A stretch of 64,000 nucleotides of DNA from Candidatus Nomurabacteria bacterium. GTDB taxonomy: Bacteria > Patescibacteriota > Minisyncoccia > Phycocordibacterales > UBA9973. The DNA is taken from positions 686 through 64,685 of the forward strand of contig JAPLXS010000004.1 in the NCBI GenBank assembly GCA_026395965.1, given 5' to 3'. A program made the translations under genes and the position numbers. Every line of letters begins with the position of its first letter. The first letter of the stretch is position 1. Positions 28,852 to 38,565 of this stretch are shown here, piece after piece. Under the pieces are notes generated by a model. It ran no database searches. It was not told the origin of the DNA and saw only the letters and a list, made by a program, of their open reading frames with translations.

Positions 28852-31761
28852 TTAGAATTTTTTGATGATTATATCAATAAGTCGATTCAAATATTTATGA
28901 AAATCAGATATCTGAATTTTATTCTTATAATCTTTAAGTATTAATTCTTGGAGGGTACGCTTTGCTTCTTTTATAAATTCTTCTCGCTTAGATGAATCTT
29001 GCCAACCATCATCAAGAATATTTTCAAGACGAGATGTCATTTCTTTTATGAATTCTTTTTCAGTGCTCTCATCTGACCCAGAAAGAAATTCTTCCGAAAT
29101 AACATATAGTCCATATTCGTGGAGTGTGTATCCAAGTTCCTTTGCTTCTTCGGTCTTTGTTTTAATATCATTTAAGAGTTCATAATATCTTTTTATTCGC
29201 TCAGCAAGATCTATTTGGTGCTTCTCAAACTCTACCCTGATAGCTGTTAATCGTTCTCCAAAGCCCTTAAAAGCAGGGTGTGTGTCGATATTGATAGATA
29301 TTTCACGCTTAAGCATCTTTTCAAGATTTAAAGCTTTTTCTTCTTCAGGAAGTTTATCGAGTTTATTAAGAGTTGCAAGATCATGCACATTCAATTCTCT
29401 AAAGTTTTTAGTAATACCCTCATAGTCAATTTTATCTTGAATCAAGCTCTTAATTTTTACTCCGTAGTCAGCAAGAGAAAAAGCGTCTATTCCCTCGGCT
29501 TGAAATTCTTTACTAAATGCTAAATAAAAACTTGTAACCCATTCAAACTTTCTTAGGTAATCCATCAAGAATGGATCTGGTGAAAGTATTTCAAAAAGCA
29601 TTTTCAAGCGACCATATTTATCTTTAAAAAATTGTTGTTTACTTTCATTGTCAATGAATATTTTTAAACATCGACGTAGATTATCAATTGACGGATCCTC
29701 TATGTTTACACCCTCAAATAAACTCATAACTTCATCAAGCACATTAATAAAATCATCTTTAAGTCGATCGATATTTATCATTGCACTATCGACAATACTT
29801 TCGTCAAAATTCAGTGCATCATATAAATTTTTAGTCACACCATAATAGTCAATAATCTTTCCACACCCTTTGTTTGGGTAAACACGATTTGTGCGAGCGA
29901 TCGCCTGTAGAAGATTATGGTCACGAAGTGGTTTATCAAGATACATAACTTGCTCAACTGGTGCATCAAATCCAGTCAAAAGCATGTCACAAACAAGTAG
30001 AAATTTAAGTGGATTAGCTGAATCTTTAAACTGTTCAATTACTTTTTCTCGTTTTTGTTTGTTTGTATTATATTTTTTTAGATCATCATTATCACTATTT
30101 GGATCGCCGGGCGAATAGACTACCTCAGACCATTCTGGTGGTATAAGTTTATCAAGTAAATCTTTATATTTTGCTGTAGCTTCACGATCATAACAAACTA
30201 TCTGTGCTTTGAATCCGTTAGGTAAAACATAAAGTTTGTAATGTTCAACTATATCTTGAGATACTGCCTCCATTCTTTTGTCTAGCTTAACTAGAGCTTC
30301 TTTTTTACCATATCTCTTTGTAAGTAATTCTTTTTGAGCAGTATTAAGTTCAGAAGTAAGTTCATTGAACTGTGCATCAACCTTATCTTCGTCAATAAAG
30401 AATTTTGAAAGTCGTGCCTCATAAGTTACAGGCAAGGTCGCACCATCATCAATTGCTTGCTGAATAGAGTAATAATCTAGATATCTCTCACCGTCTTCAC
30501 CAAAATTTCTGTGAGTATTTGTTGTCAGTTTATCAATTGGAGTACCAGTAAATCCAAAAAAGAATGCATCTTTAAAAGCATTACGCATTTTAATAGCAGA
30601 GACACCTTCATTGTCTCGATGAGCTTCATCAGATAAAACGATAACATTACCCTCGATTTTTTCTATTTCCTCTAGCTCAGTAAACTTTTGAATTGTAGAG
30701 ATAAAAATACCTCGATCTGCTCCCTTAATTTTCTTTTCAAGATCTTTACGAGATTCAACACGGATCAAATTTTGACCACCCCATGCTTCAAATTCTTCAA
30801 AAACTTGATCATCAAGGTCAATACGATCAATAAGAATAAAAACTTTAGGATTTTTTAGTTCTAGATTATAACGAAGTTTCCACGCCGTAAAAAACATAGT
30901 AAGTGTTTTACCTGAACCCTGTGTGTGCCAAATAAGACCTTTCTTTACGTCACCATTTTTTACTCGTTCAACTATCTTATTACTTGCATACAATTGTTGA
31001 TAGCGAGCAATCTTTTTAGTAATTCCATCTTTTTTCTTTTCAAATACAATAAAGTTTTTAAGAATATCGAGCAGTTGTTCTTTATTTAAGAGAAAGTGTA
31101 AAGTAGAATCTATTTCTTCATCAAATAACTTTTTATCAGCCTGAGGATCTTCTCTCCAAGTTAGAAAATATTGTTTTGGAGAATACGTTGCTCCATAAAC
31201 TGTTTTAAGTCCATCTGTTGCAATATTAAAGCAGTTTGTGAGAAAGAGTTTTGGAGCAACTTTTTCATATCGCTTGATTTGATCAATAGCATTTTCAAAG
31301 TTTACTGAACTTGAAGCAGTAGGGCTTTTGGCTTCAATATCGCAAATTGGCATACCATTAAGAAAAACCAATACGTCAGGGCGAATGTTTTCAGTGTTAC
31401 CCTCAAAATAGAACTGGTTTGTTACAACGAATTTGTTATTTTCTATAATATCAAAATCTACTATTTTATAATCACGATTTTTACCAGTTTCTGGATCTTT
31501 GATATTTATACCATTTCGCAACGCCAGAAGAACTGCTTCGTTGGTATCAAGTTTTTTGGCTTCACGCATTACACTTATGGCGACTGTTTCATCTATGGAG
31601 TTAATTTTCTGAATTGCTTCAAGTAAGTGAGAACTAATAATGTACTCGTTTTCAAAAGTACGAAGTTTAGAAAATTCATCAGCAGAAATATACTCATAAC
31701 CGAGTTCCTTTATGAATTTTATTATATGATATTCAATTGTGTGTTGTTCGTTAAATTTCAT
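28852..31761 (-). CDS. hsdR: Type I restriction enzyme subunit R
   Basis: PD..IEAK nuclease, HTQGSGKT, DEAH, FTGTP and QAIARTNR. Confidence 0.95.
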   Translation of the reverse strand: MKFNEQHTIEYHIIKFIKELGYEYISADEFSKLRTFENEYIISSHLLEAIQKINSIDETVAISVMREAKKLDTNEAVLLALRNGINIKDPETGKNRDYKIVDFDIIENNKFVVTNQFYFEGNTENIRPDVLVFLNGMPICDIEAKSPTASSSVNFENAIDQIKRYEKVAPKLFLTNCFNIATDGLKTVYGATYSPKQYFLTWREDPQADKKLFDEEIDSTLHFLLNKEQLLDILKNFIVFEKKKDGITKKIARYQQLYASNKIVERVKNGDVKKGLIWHTQGSGKTLTMFFTAWKLRYNLELKNPKVFILIDRIDLDDQVFEEFEAWGGQNLIRVESRKDLEKKIKGADRGIFISTIQKFTELEEIEKIEGNVIVLSDEAHRDNEGVSAIKMRNAFKDAFFFGFTGTPIDKLTTNTHRNFGEDGERYLDYYSIQQAIDDGATLPVTYEARLSKFFIDEDKVDAQFNELTSELNTAQKELLTKRYGKKEALVKLDKRMEAVSQDIVEHYKLYVLPNGFKAQIVCYDREATAKYKDLLDKLIPPEWSEVVYSPGDPNSDNDDLKKYNTNKQKREKVIEQFKDSANPLKFLLVCDMLLTGFDAPVEQVMYLDKPLRDHNLLQAIARTNRVYPNKGCGKIIDYYGVTKNLYDALNFDESIVDSAMINIDRLKDDFINVLDEVMSLFEGVNIEDPSIDNLRRCLKIFIDNESKQQFFKDKYGRLKMLFEILSPDPFLMDYLRKFEWVTSFYLAFSKEFQAEGIDAFSLADYGVKIKSLIQDKIDYEGITKNFRELNVHDLATLNKLDKLPEEEKALNLEKMLKREISINIDTHPAFKGFGERLTAIRVEFEKHQIDLAERIKRYYELLNDIKTKTEEAKELGYTLHEYGLYVISEEFLSGSDESTEKEFIKEMTSRLENILDDGWQDSSKREEFIKEAKRTLQELILKDYKNKIQISDFHKYLNRLIDIIIKKF

Positions 31762-31763
31762 AA

Positions 31764-33092
31764 TTATTCTGTTACACTCTTTGTTTGTTCCGGAGTTTGC
31801 TGAGTTGTTTGAGATTTTATTACATGGTTTTTAGCTCCAAAATTAAACCAACTTTTTACACCACCATATATTTCTTGAGTTCTGTCTTTATCTTCATATG
31901 GTTCTTTGTAAATTCTTTCTATTGAAGCAAGAGTAAATTGAAGTAATTCGTCTTTTTTATCAGAAAACTTGTCGCTCAAAAGTTTAATATATGCTTGAAG
32001 TGAGGTAGATAATACTGTTTTGAAAGCATACCTCTCTTCGTAATCACGTTCCATATTGTAGTTATGCGAACAAAGATACACAAGATAAATCAAAGGTGAT
32101 GTAAATAAGTAACGATACCAAGCATGAAAGTCTTTAAATCCATCAACTGCTTTATTCTGAAGATAATAAATATACAAGACAGAAGCACCCAATAAAATAA
32201 CACTACCCAATGTTGCATACTTCCAAAATCTGGCATTCTTATAAATTGTATCTCTACGCTTAACAAAAGAATCAGTAAGACTACTAGCAGTTACTAGATC
32301 AAGAGTTTCTCCAATACTTTCCTTAAATTCTAAACTCTTTGCTTTCATTCCCTCAATTTCTTTAACGGAAGATTCAGCACTTTGTTTTAATTCTCCAGAC
32401 TTTTCAGAAAGAGTTTTTATCTCAATAAATCGTTGATCAACACTTGTCTTTGTTTTTATAATTTCACTCTTTAAATCTGTTGCAATATTTAAAGTAGCCT
32501 GAATACCAATCTTCGGATCATCAACTTTTGTTTTAAGTGGGAGAAAATTAGTTGTATAGTAAGTTTCGATTTCTACGACTTTTTCTGTGATAGAAAGAAC
32601 AGTAGCATTTACCTTTTCGAGAGCAGTCTGAGAATCAACTTCAATCTGATTTATACTGTTCTTTAGTGCTGTTGCTTGATCTAACAAGGCTTGAAGTCCT
32701 GTTTGACCATCGTTGAGTTTGCTTTTTAAATCTGTAAATGTTCCATAGTAAGTCTCCAACTCTTGGATTTTGATATTTATGGCATTTGCTTTCTCTGTGA
32801 TTTGATTAAGTTCAGTTTGAGCATTTGTGTTTACTTGATCTATTTTATTTTTGAGATTTGTAGATTGATTAAATAATGCTTCCATTCCAGTACTACCGTC
32901 AGAAAGCTTCGTACGAATTTCAATAAAATTTGTGTGGTATAACTCAATCTCTTCAGATTTAGTAATAACACCAGCACTAAGAGCTTCAATTTTTTCTTTT
33001 TCTTTCTTTACATCTGCAATAAAACCCTCAAGCTCTTTTTTGAGAGCTTCTACATCAATTGTTGTTTGGTTTTTTATTTCTTCAGTTTCCAT
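31764..33092 (-). CDS. Repeat coiled-coil protein with two C-terminal TM helices, embedded in the hsd operon
   Basis: About 3 repeats of about 63 aa; two hydrophobic segments; C-terminal YAFK motif. Confidence 0.7.
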   Translation of the reverse strand: METEEIKNQTTIDVEALKKELEGFIADVKKEKEKIEALSAGVITKSEEIELYHTNFIEIRTKLSDGSTGMEALFNQSTNLKNKIDQVNTNAQTELNQITEKANAINIKIQELETYYGTFTDLKSKLNDGQTGLQALLDQATALKNSINQIEVDSQTALEKVNATVLSITEKVVEIETYYTTNFLPLKTKVDDPKIGIQATLNIATDLKSEIIKTKTSVDQRFIEIKTLSEKSGELKQSAESSVKEIEGMKAKSLEFKESIGETLDLVTASSLTDSFVKRRDTIYKNARFWKYATLGSVILLGASVLYIYYLQNKAVDGFKDFHAWYRYLFTSPLIYLVYLCSHNYNMERDYEERYAFKTVLSTSLQAYIKLLSDKFSDKKDELLQFTLASIERIYKEPYEDKDRTQEIYGGVKSWFNFGAKNHVIKSQTTQQTPEQTKSVTE

Positions 33093-33096
33093 ATAA

Positions 33097-34209
33097 TTAA
33101 TTCTTAATTGTTCTAACTTTTCCACTCAATAGATCCGACATTAATCCTTTTTTGAGTTTTATAAACTTATTTTTTAATTTCTTACTTATTAATATTTTTT
33201 TGTCTACCAAAGATAAAATCTCTGCTATTTTTACTTGTTCAACATATCTTGGCACGGCGACTAACTCTTTATGAACAATATTTCGATTAAGCGTTGGAAC
33301 CCCTGTGCCCGTTCCAAATCTTTTTAGATCAAAATTTTGAATTTTATAGTATACAAATTTTTCGTTATTTTTATGAAAATCCTTAACATAAAGTGTTGTA
33401 TTGTGAGGCCAAAAATCATTTTCTATATAAAAAACATTACCGAGTGTGCCACTTCTGCCTGTAACTACACCAGGAGATTTAATTTTTGTCTCGTTATGAT
33501 AATCAGTAATACCATTTGAAGTTACTAACGGATATAAACCGATTGTTCGATCTGGTACTGGTAAATCAAATCCTCTTTGCAAAGTCGCAAATTCTTCAAA
33601 GGTTTTTATTTCCCATTCTTCTGGGACATATCCAATTTTTGTTTTTTTAAATTTTTTATGATCTACACCCTTTGTAAAAAGGACAAACATTAGAGCTTTC
33701 TTTAGTTTTTCTGTTTGTAAAATAATTGAATCAATCTTTTGAATTTCAATATCTACACTAGATAAAATATTGGCAATATTTTTTTGCTCAGTTAATAATG
33801 GGATTATTATGCTCTGTTCTTGGTACTGAGAAATGTAATGTCTCTTATGATTTTCTACTTGAAAATTAGATGACTTGATCATTTCGTATATAAATTTCAA
33901 ATCAGTAGCATCGTCTATAGTTTTTAGAATTTTAATTGCAGATGATTTAATTTTAAAGTTAAAATCTACATACTTACTATCAGTGGTAAAATCATCAAAA
34001 ATAATTGCAGGAGTTTTTGTATAAATACCAAAATCTTCATCGGTATATCCAAGAATAAATGATTTATTTGCTGTTAAGACAGGTGTTTTTCCAGTAGGGG
34101 TATAAGCAGTACTTTCGACAATATAATTTCCTGGTTGCTCAAACGACAAAACTTCTTTAATTTTTTTTATCTCCCAACCTTTTGGAATTTTTGTGGTTAA
34201 TGTTTTCAT
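33097..34209 (-). CDS. hsdS: Type I R-M specificity subunit
   Basis: IPKGW, EQ..IA.ILS.VD, VPEEW and LKKGLMSDLL; two TRDs. Confidence 0.93.
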   Translation of the reverse strand: MKTLTTKIPKGWEIKKIKEVLSFEQPGNYIVESTAYTPTGKTPVLTANKSFILGYTDEDFGIYTKTPAIIFDDFTTDSKYVDFNFKIKSSAIKILKTIDDATDLKFIYEMIKSSNFQVENHKRHYISQYQEQSIIIPLLTEQKNIANILSSVDIEIQKIDSIILQTEKLKKALMFVLFTKGVDHKKFKKTKIGYVPEEWEIKTFEEFATLQRGFDLPVPDRTIGLYPLVTSNGITDYHNETKIKSPGVVTGRSGTLGNVFYIENDFWPHNTTLYVKDFHKNNEKFVYYKIQNFDLKRFGTGTGVPTLNRNIVHKELVAVPRYVEQVKIAEILSLVDKKILISKKLKNKFIKLKKGLMSDLLSGKVRTIKN

Positions 34210-35120
34210 ATGTTTCTTGATTGAACAGCTTTTATTAAATCTGAAATTGCTGAATTCAAAACTTGCAGACATATCTTTGCAGTATGTTCATCTGGGGCAA
34301 ACCCAGAAACAGCTTGTTCAAAAGGATGAACATAGTTACGAAAATCTCGCAATGCGTGGCTAAATTTTTTTACATCAAGACCCAGAAACCCTGTTTCGTT
34401 AGCAGTATTGATAAAGTTTTCAAGTGTCCAATCCTGAAAGGCTTTAATTTTCCCAATTTTATCTTTAGGACTTGAATTTGCTTGATTAAATTCCTTGGGA
34501 TATTTACTTGCGATACCAAGTAATAATCCTTCAAGTGTGCTACCTGCCATAAAAATAGAAGCAAGCGGAGCTTTATGGGCTATACATTGGCGTGATTCTT
34601 TAATTCTTTCTTTGAGAACTAACTCGATAACACTATCAAGTCCTAATTTTGCAATATCATTACTTTCAAAATCCTTTTTAAGAAATTCTTCTTCAGTGGG
34701 TAGCGTATTGTTTACATTATCTATAATTGGTTTTTTAGATTCTTTTACGAAAACTATAAATGGGTCTTTACCGCTAAACTCAATCTTCATATTTTCCATA
34801 AATAAAATATTATTCATGGACTTTGTAGCCATTTCAAGTTTTGTCATATCTGCTTTATATTCTCTAATATCAACAAGTCGAAGTACAACCTTTTCAAGAT
34901 CATCCAAGTTTCGGTCATTCATTTGCTTGAGCATTTCAAGCACCCACCATTTTCTAGTGGAACCATCATGAGAAGCGTTAATACCAACATTGTTAAAAAA
35001 TCTTGTTAAATAAGACGAAGATCGATATTGTGGATATTTTGTGGTTTCATCTCCACAAATAAAATCAGCCAAGGAATCTAGGGTTGCGTTATCAAATTTT
35101 TGTTTAATAAATCTTGCCAT
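34206..35120 (-). CDS. Putative Abi-like protein: AbiJ-like N terminus plus HEPN/DUF4145-like C terminus
   Basis: ICGD..YRSSSYLTRFF N terminus; GS.LEGLL...LRDFRNYVHP. Confidence 0.6.
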   Translation of the reverse strand: MARFIKQKFDNATLDSLADFICGDETTKYPQYRSSSYLTRFFNNVGINASHDGSTRKWWVLEMLKQMNDRNLDDLEKVVLRLVDIREYKADMTKLEMATKSMNNILFMENMKIEFSGKDPFIVFVKESKKPIIDNVNNTLPTEEEFLKKDFESNDIAKLGLDSVIELVLKERIKESRQCIAHKAPLASIFMAGSTLEGLLLGIASKYPKEFNQANSSPKDKIGKIKAFQDWTLENFINTANETGFLGLDVKKFSHALRDFRNYVHPFEQAVSGFAPDEHTAKICLQVLNSAISDLIKAVQSRNI

Positions 35121-35122
35121 AG

Positions 35123-36805
35123 TTAATACCCAAGTTTATCCAAAAAATTTTCGACATTGCCATCGACTTCGGTAAATTCTCTTTTAAGAAGTTTTATTTC
35201 TGCTCGTACTTTTTTGACATCAATAACTTCTTCTATCTCTGTAGAGTCGATATACTGTTTAATGTTTAAAGTGTACTTATTTTCTGCAATCTCAGAAAGA
35301 TCTACCACTCGTGCATATTTTTCGATCATCATATATCCATCATATGCTTTAATAATTTTTGCTATATCTTGAGGACGAAGACTATTCTGGTTTTTACCTT
35401 CAAGAAAATCTTTATCAGCATCTATAATTAAAATCTTTTCTTTTTTTTCTTTAGGTTTGTTTTTATTAAAAATTAAAATTACTGCAGGTATGCCCGTTCC
35501 ATAAAAAAGTTTTGATGGTAATGATACAATAGCTTCTATTAAGTCATTCTTAATAATCTGTTCACGAATACGTCCCTCGGCACCACCACGGAATAGAACG
35601 CCGTGAGGAAGCACAATACCTGCACGACCATTTTGATTCATTGATTTAATTATATGTAACATAAAAGCATAATCAGCGTTTTTATCAGGCGGAGCATCAT
35701 AACCATCTAGGCGACCAAACTTTGTTTTAAATGCTTCATATTCCCAATCTTTTATTGAATAGGGTGGATTTGCTACTACAATATCAAAGGTTTGAAGCCC
35801 ACCTTGTTGATTAAGAAATTGCGGATTAGCAAGAGTATCACCTCGACGAATATCTGCACTATCAAGCCCATGAAGAAACATATTAATTCGAGCAATTGCA
35901 AAAGTTGCTAGTTCTTGTTCTTGTCCATAAAGATAAAGTGTCTTTGCAATTTTTTCACCAGATTTCTGTTTTAAATAATCATATGATTCTAAAAGGAAAC
36001 CGCCTGATCCAACAGTTGGATCATAAATATGATCTTTCTGGTGTGGTTTAAGAATACCAAGAATCACTCGTTCAACTTCACGAGGAGTATAGAAACTTCC
36101 ACCTTTTTTACCAGCATCGGCAGCGAATTGTTTAATTAAATATTCATATGCATCACCAAGTAAATCAGAACTTATGTATGTATTACCAAAATTATATTGC
36201 GAAAAATGGTTAATAAGTCTTTGAAGTGTTTCATTTGGAAATCTATCTTTATTTGCAAAATCTAAATCATCAAAAATTTTATCAAGCTTGGGACTATTAG
36301 CATTTACTAATTTATCAAAAATATTATTTAACTTTTGCCCAATGCTTTCTGCTTGTTCGGTAACTTTATCCCATCTACAATCTTTGGGTACTTGAAAGCG
36401 ATGATTATAATCTGCACATGCGATAGACTTGTCGTTATATTCTTTCATCACAGTGTTGTATTCTTCATCCCACACATCACTCATTCGTTTATAAAAAAGA
36501 AGACCGAAGATATATTTCTTATAATCAGAACTGTCAATTTTACCTCGAAGAATATCTGCACTTTTCCAAAGAAATGATTCAAGTTGAGGAAGTGTGAGTT
36601 TACTACCCATTTTATCTACAATGGCTTCTATGTCTTGAGGTCGATATTTTCGATCCTTACGAGGACCTACACGAAGAGGAACGAGGGTGCCGTCTTTCTC
36701 CCAGTTTCGTAAAGTATCTTGATGAATAGAGAAAATCTCTGCTACCTGACTGATAGATAGTAATTCTGGCATGCCTTTAAGTTTTGATTGTATATCTTTT
36801 CGCAT
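35123..36805 (-). CDS. hsdM: Type I R-M methyltransferase with N-terminal MerR-like HTH
   Basis: LSISQVAEIFSIHQDTLRNWE..G.L.P.R; LWKSADILRG, YDPTVGSGG and NPPY. Confidence 0.93.
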   Translation of the reverse strand: MRKDIQSKLKGMPELLSISQVAEIFSIHQDTLRNWEKDGTLVPLRVGPRKDRKYRPQDIEAIVDKMGSKLTLPQLESFLWKSADILRGKIDSSDYKKYIFGLLFYKRMSDVWDEEYNTVMKEYNDKSIACADYNHRFQVPKDCRWDKVTEQAESIGQKLNNIFDKLVNANSPKLDKIFDDLDFANKDRFPNETLQRLINHFSQYNFGNTYISSDLLGDAYEYLIKQFAADAGKKGGSFYTPREVERVILGILKPHQKDHIYDPTVGSGGFLLESYDYLKQKSGEKIAKTLYLYGQEQELATFAIARINMFLHGLDSADIRRGDTLANPQFLNQQGGLQTFDIVVANPPYSIKDWEYEAFKTKFGRLDGYDAPPDKNADYAFMLHIIKSMNQNGRAGIVLPHGVLFRGGAEGRIREQIIKNDLIEAIVSLPSKLFYGTGIPAVILIFNKNKPKEKKEKILIIDADKDFLEGKNQNSLRPQDIAKIIKAYDGYMMIEKYARVVDLSEIAENKYTLNIKQYIDSTEIEEVIDVKKVRAEIKLLKREFTEVDGNVENFLDKLGY

Positions 36806-36850
36806 AATTGACAGTAGTAGTCTATCAGATTCCAAATATAAAGTCAAGTG

Positions 36851-36870
36851 TTCATAGGTTTTCATAGGTT
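36851..36870 (-). promoter_or_regulatory. 10-bp tandem direct repeat upstream of hsdM, putative operator
   Basis: TTCATAGGTT x2. Confidence 0.4.
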
Positions 36871-36900
36871 AATTTATATAAAATTGTTATAAAATAAGGA

Positions 36901-38223
36901 TTATTCTATACTAATCTTTTTATTTGAGAATATAATTTTACTCTTTAAACACCCCAATAACTCTCTTTTCTCGACATCTTGCCCCTCTCTTAAAATGTAC
37001 TTAGCATAATTCCGTATATCAATATCCTTAATTACTATTTTTTCTTTAATCCCAAGAACAGACATTTGAAATTTCTTTATCCTTTCCACCTCTGCCTTAA
37101 TTTTTTCTTTTATCCCTATCTCGTCAATATCTATTTTTTCTATTAGTTCCTCAAATTGTTTAAGCAAATCAATTTCATTAATATAGCCACATTTACAATC
37201 TCTGTCTTTTGACTTATTACAACCATAATAAACATGGCGGTGAACATTTCCATTCTTTTGTTTTTTAAATTTCTCATCTGGTGTCACACCCGATCCGCAT
37301 AACCCACAAGTCATTAATTTAGTAAAAGCGAACTCTTTACCCTCAGTTCGGATAACCTGACTTTTCATTTGTAACTGTACCTCATTAAATAATTCTTTAG
37401 TTATTATTGATTCATGTTTTCCTGTATACCAGTTTCCACTATTTTTAGGATATTCAAATACTCCGTAATAGAAATGATTTTGAAGAATTGTATAAATATT
37501 ACCTAAACTTAAATTTTTGTTTCCGCCAGCTGTTTTTAAATTCAAATCAAATTTTAACCAATGATATATTTTTCTCCCACTCCATTTTTCATAAGCAACT
37601 TTCTCAAACATTTTTTTAATAATTGGTGCTCGGTTTGGATCTAGAATAACTTGGCATTTTCTATCTATACGTTTTTCACTTAAATATCCAGTTGGAGGAG
37701 GTCCAGGCCATAATCCCATTTCAACTCTAGTCCTTAGTCCACGTTTTACATTTATACTTTTATTGTCATTCTCAAGTTTTGCCTGAGAACATAAAATCAT
37801 TAAAAGAAATTTTTCATTAGGAGAATTCTGAAACGATTGTCCGTAAGTTCGTATTTGTAAAAGTAATTTTTGATCCATTAAATCTACGAGTGATCCAAGG
37901 TCTCCTGCATTTCTACTTAATCTATCTGGTGCCCATGTGAGTATTCCATTAAACCGTCCACGCCGTATATCTTCCAGTATTTCCTTATATACAGGTCTTT
38001 CTCCAGACTCTTTAGCTGAATGAGATTCTCTTCTAATTTCTACAATTTCAAGTCCCTCCTTATCTGCCAACTGAAGCATTTCTTTTACTTGAGATTCGAT
38101 ACTTAAAATTTGTTTTTCTTCCGACTCTGTTGACTTACGAGCGTATAATACATATCTAATTTTTACTGTTGGAATAACAGCCATGGTGCCTATTAATCCA
38201 ACATTATTTATTTGTGTTTCCAT
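36901..38223 (-). CDS. Large serine recombinase
   Basis: YARKST, DRLSRN, recombinase domain and CGLCG..YYGC..C Zn ribbon. Confidence 0.92.
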   Translation of the reverse strand: METQINNVGLIGTMAVIPTVKIRYVLYARKSTESEEKQILSIESQVKEMLQLADKEGLEIVEIRRESHSAKESGERPVYKEILEDIRRGRFNGILTWAPDRLSRNAGDLGSLVDLMDQKLLLQIRTYGQSFQNSPNEKFLLMILCSQAKLENDNKSINVKRGLRTRVEMGLWPGPPPTGYLSEKRIDRKCQVILDPNRAPIIKKMFEKVAYEKWSGRKIYHWLKFDLNLKTAGGNKNLSLGNIYTILQNHFYYGVFEYPKNSGNWYTGKHESIITKELFNEVQLQMKSQVIRTEGKEFAFTKLMTCGLCGSGVTPDEKFKKQKNGNVHRHVYYGCNKSKDRDCKCGYINEIDLLKQFEELIEKIDIDEIGIKEKIKAEVERIKKFQMSVLGIKEKIVIKDIDIRNYAKYILREGQDVEKRELLGCLKSKIIFSNKKISIE

Positions 38224-38390
38224 ACCTAATGATGTCAGAGAAAAGGTCTTCTGCTAAGCTATCGCTTGTTGGCAACTTGTTGGTAACTTCCTCTGATATT
38301 TTAAGCTATTGCGATAGAATGGGCTTTGAATAATATGGTCGAAGTGATATTATTTAATTACAACTAAATATATAAAGTAAGTAGCCTAAA

Positions 38391-38525
38391 CCTTTGGTAA
38401 CAAAGGCATGGTGAATAAGAGCGGATAAAGCATAAAGAACTCCTAGTCAGAGCTCGGCTTTATCCGCCCATACTTGGAAACGAGTATGTGTAGCTGAAAA
38501 GCTACAAGCTGGCTGGGAGCTTTTT
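38391..38525 (+). ncRNA. Candidate structured, pseudoknotted RNA
   Basis: Three GNRA-capped hairpins, an 11-bp stem, and an 11-nt loop segment complementary to the 3' end. Confidence 0.6.
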
Positions 38526-38565
38526 GCGTCTTAGCCAGATTTATAACAAAACGCAAAAAATAACT

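Noticed and set aside
33097-34209. Phase-variable hsdS shuffling by the neighbouring recombinase
   Set aside because: Only one hsdS, with no silent TRD copies or flanking inverted repeats seen
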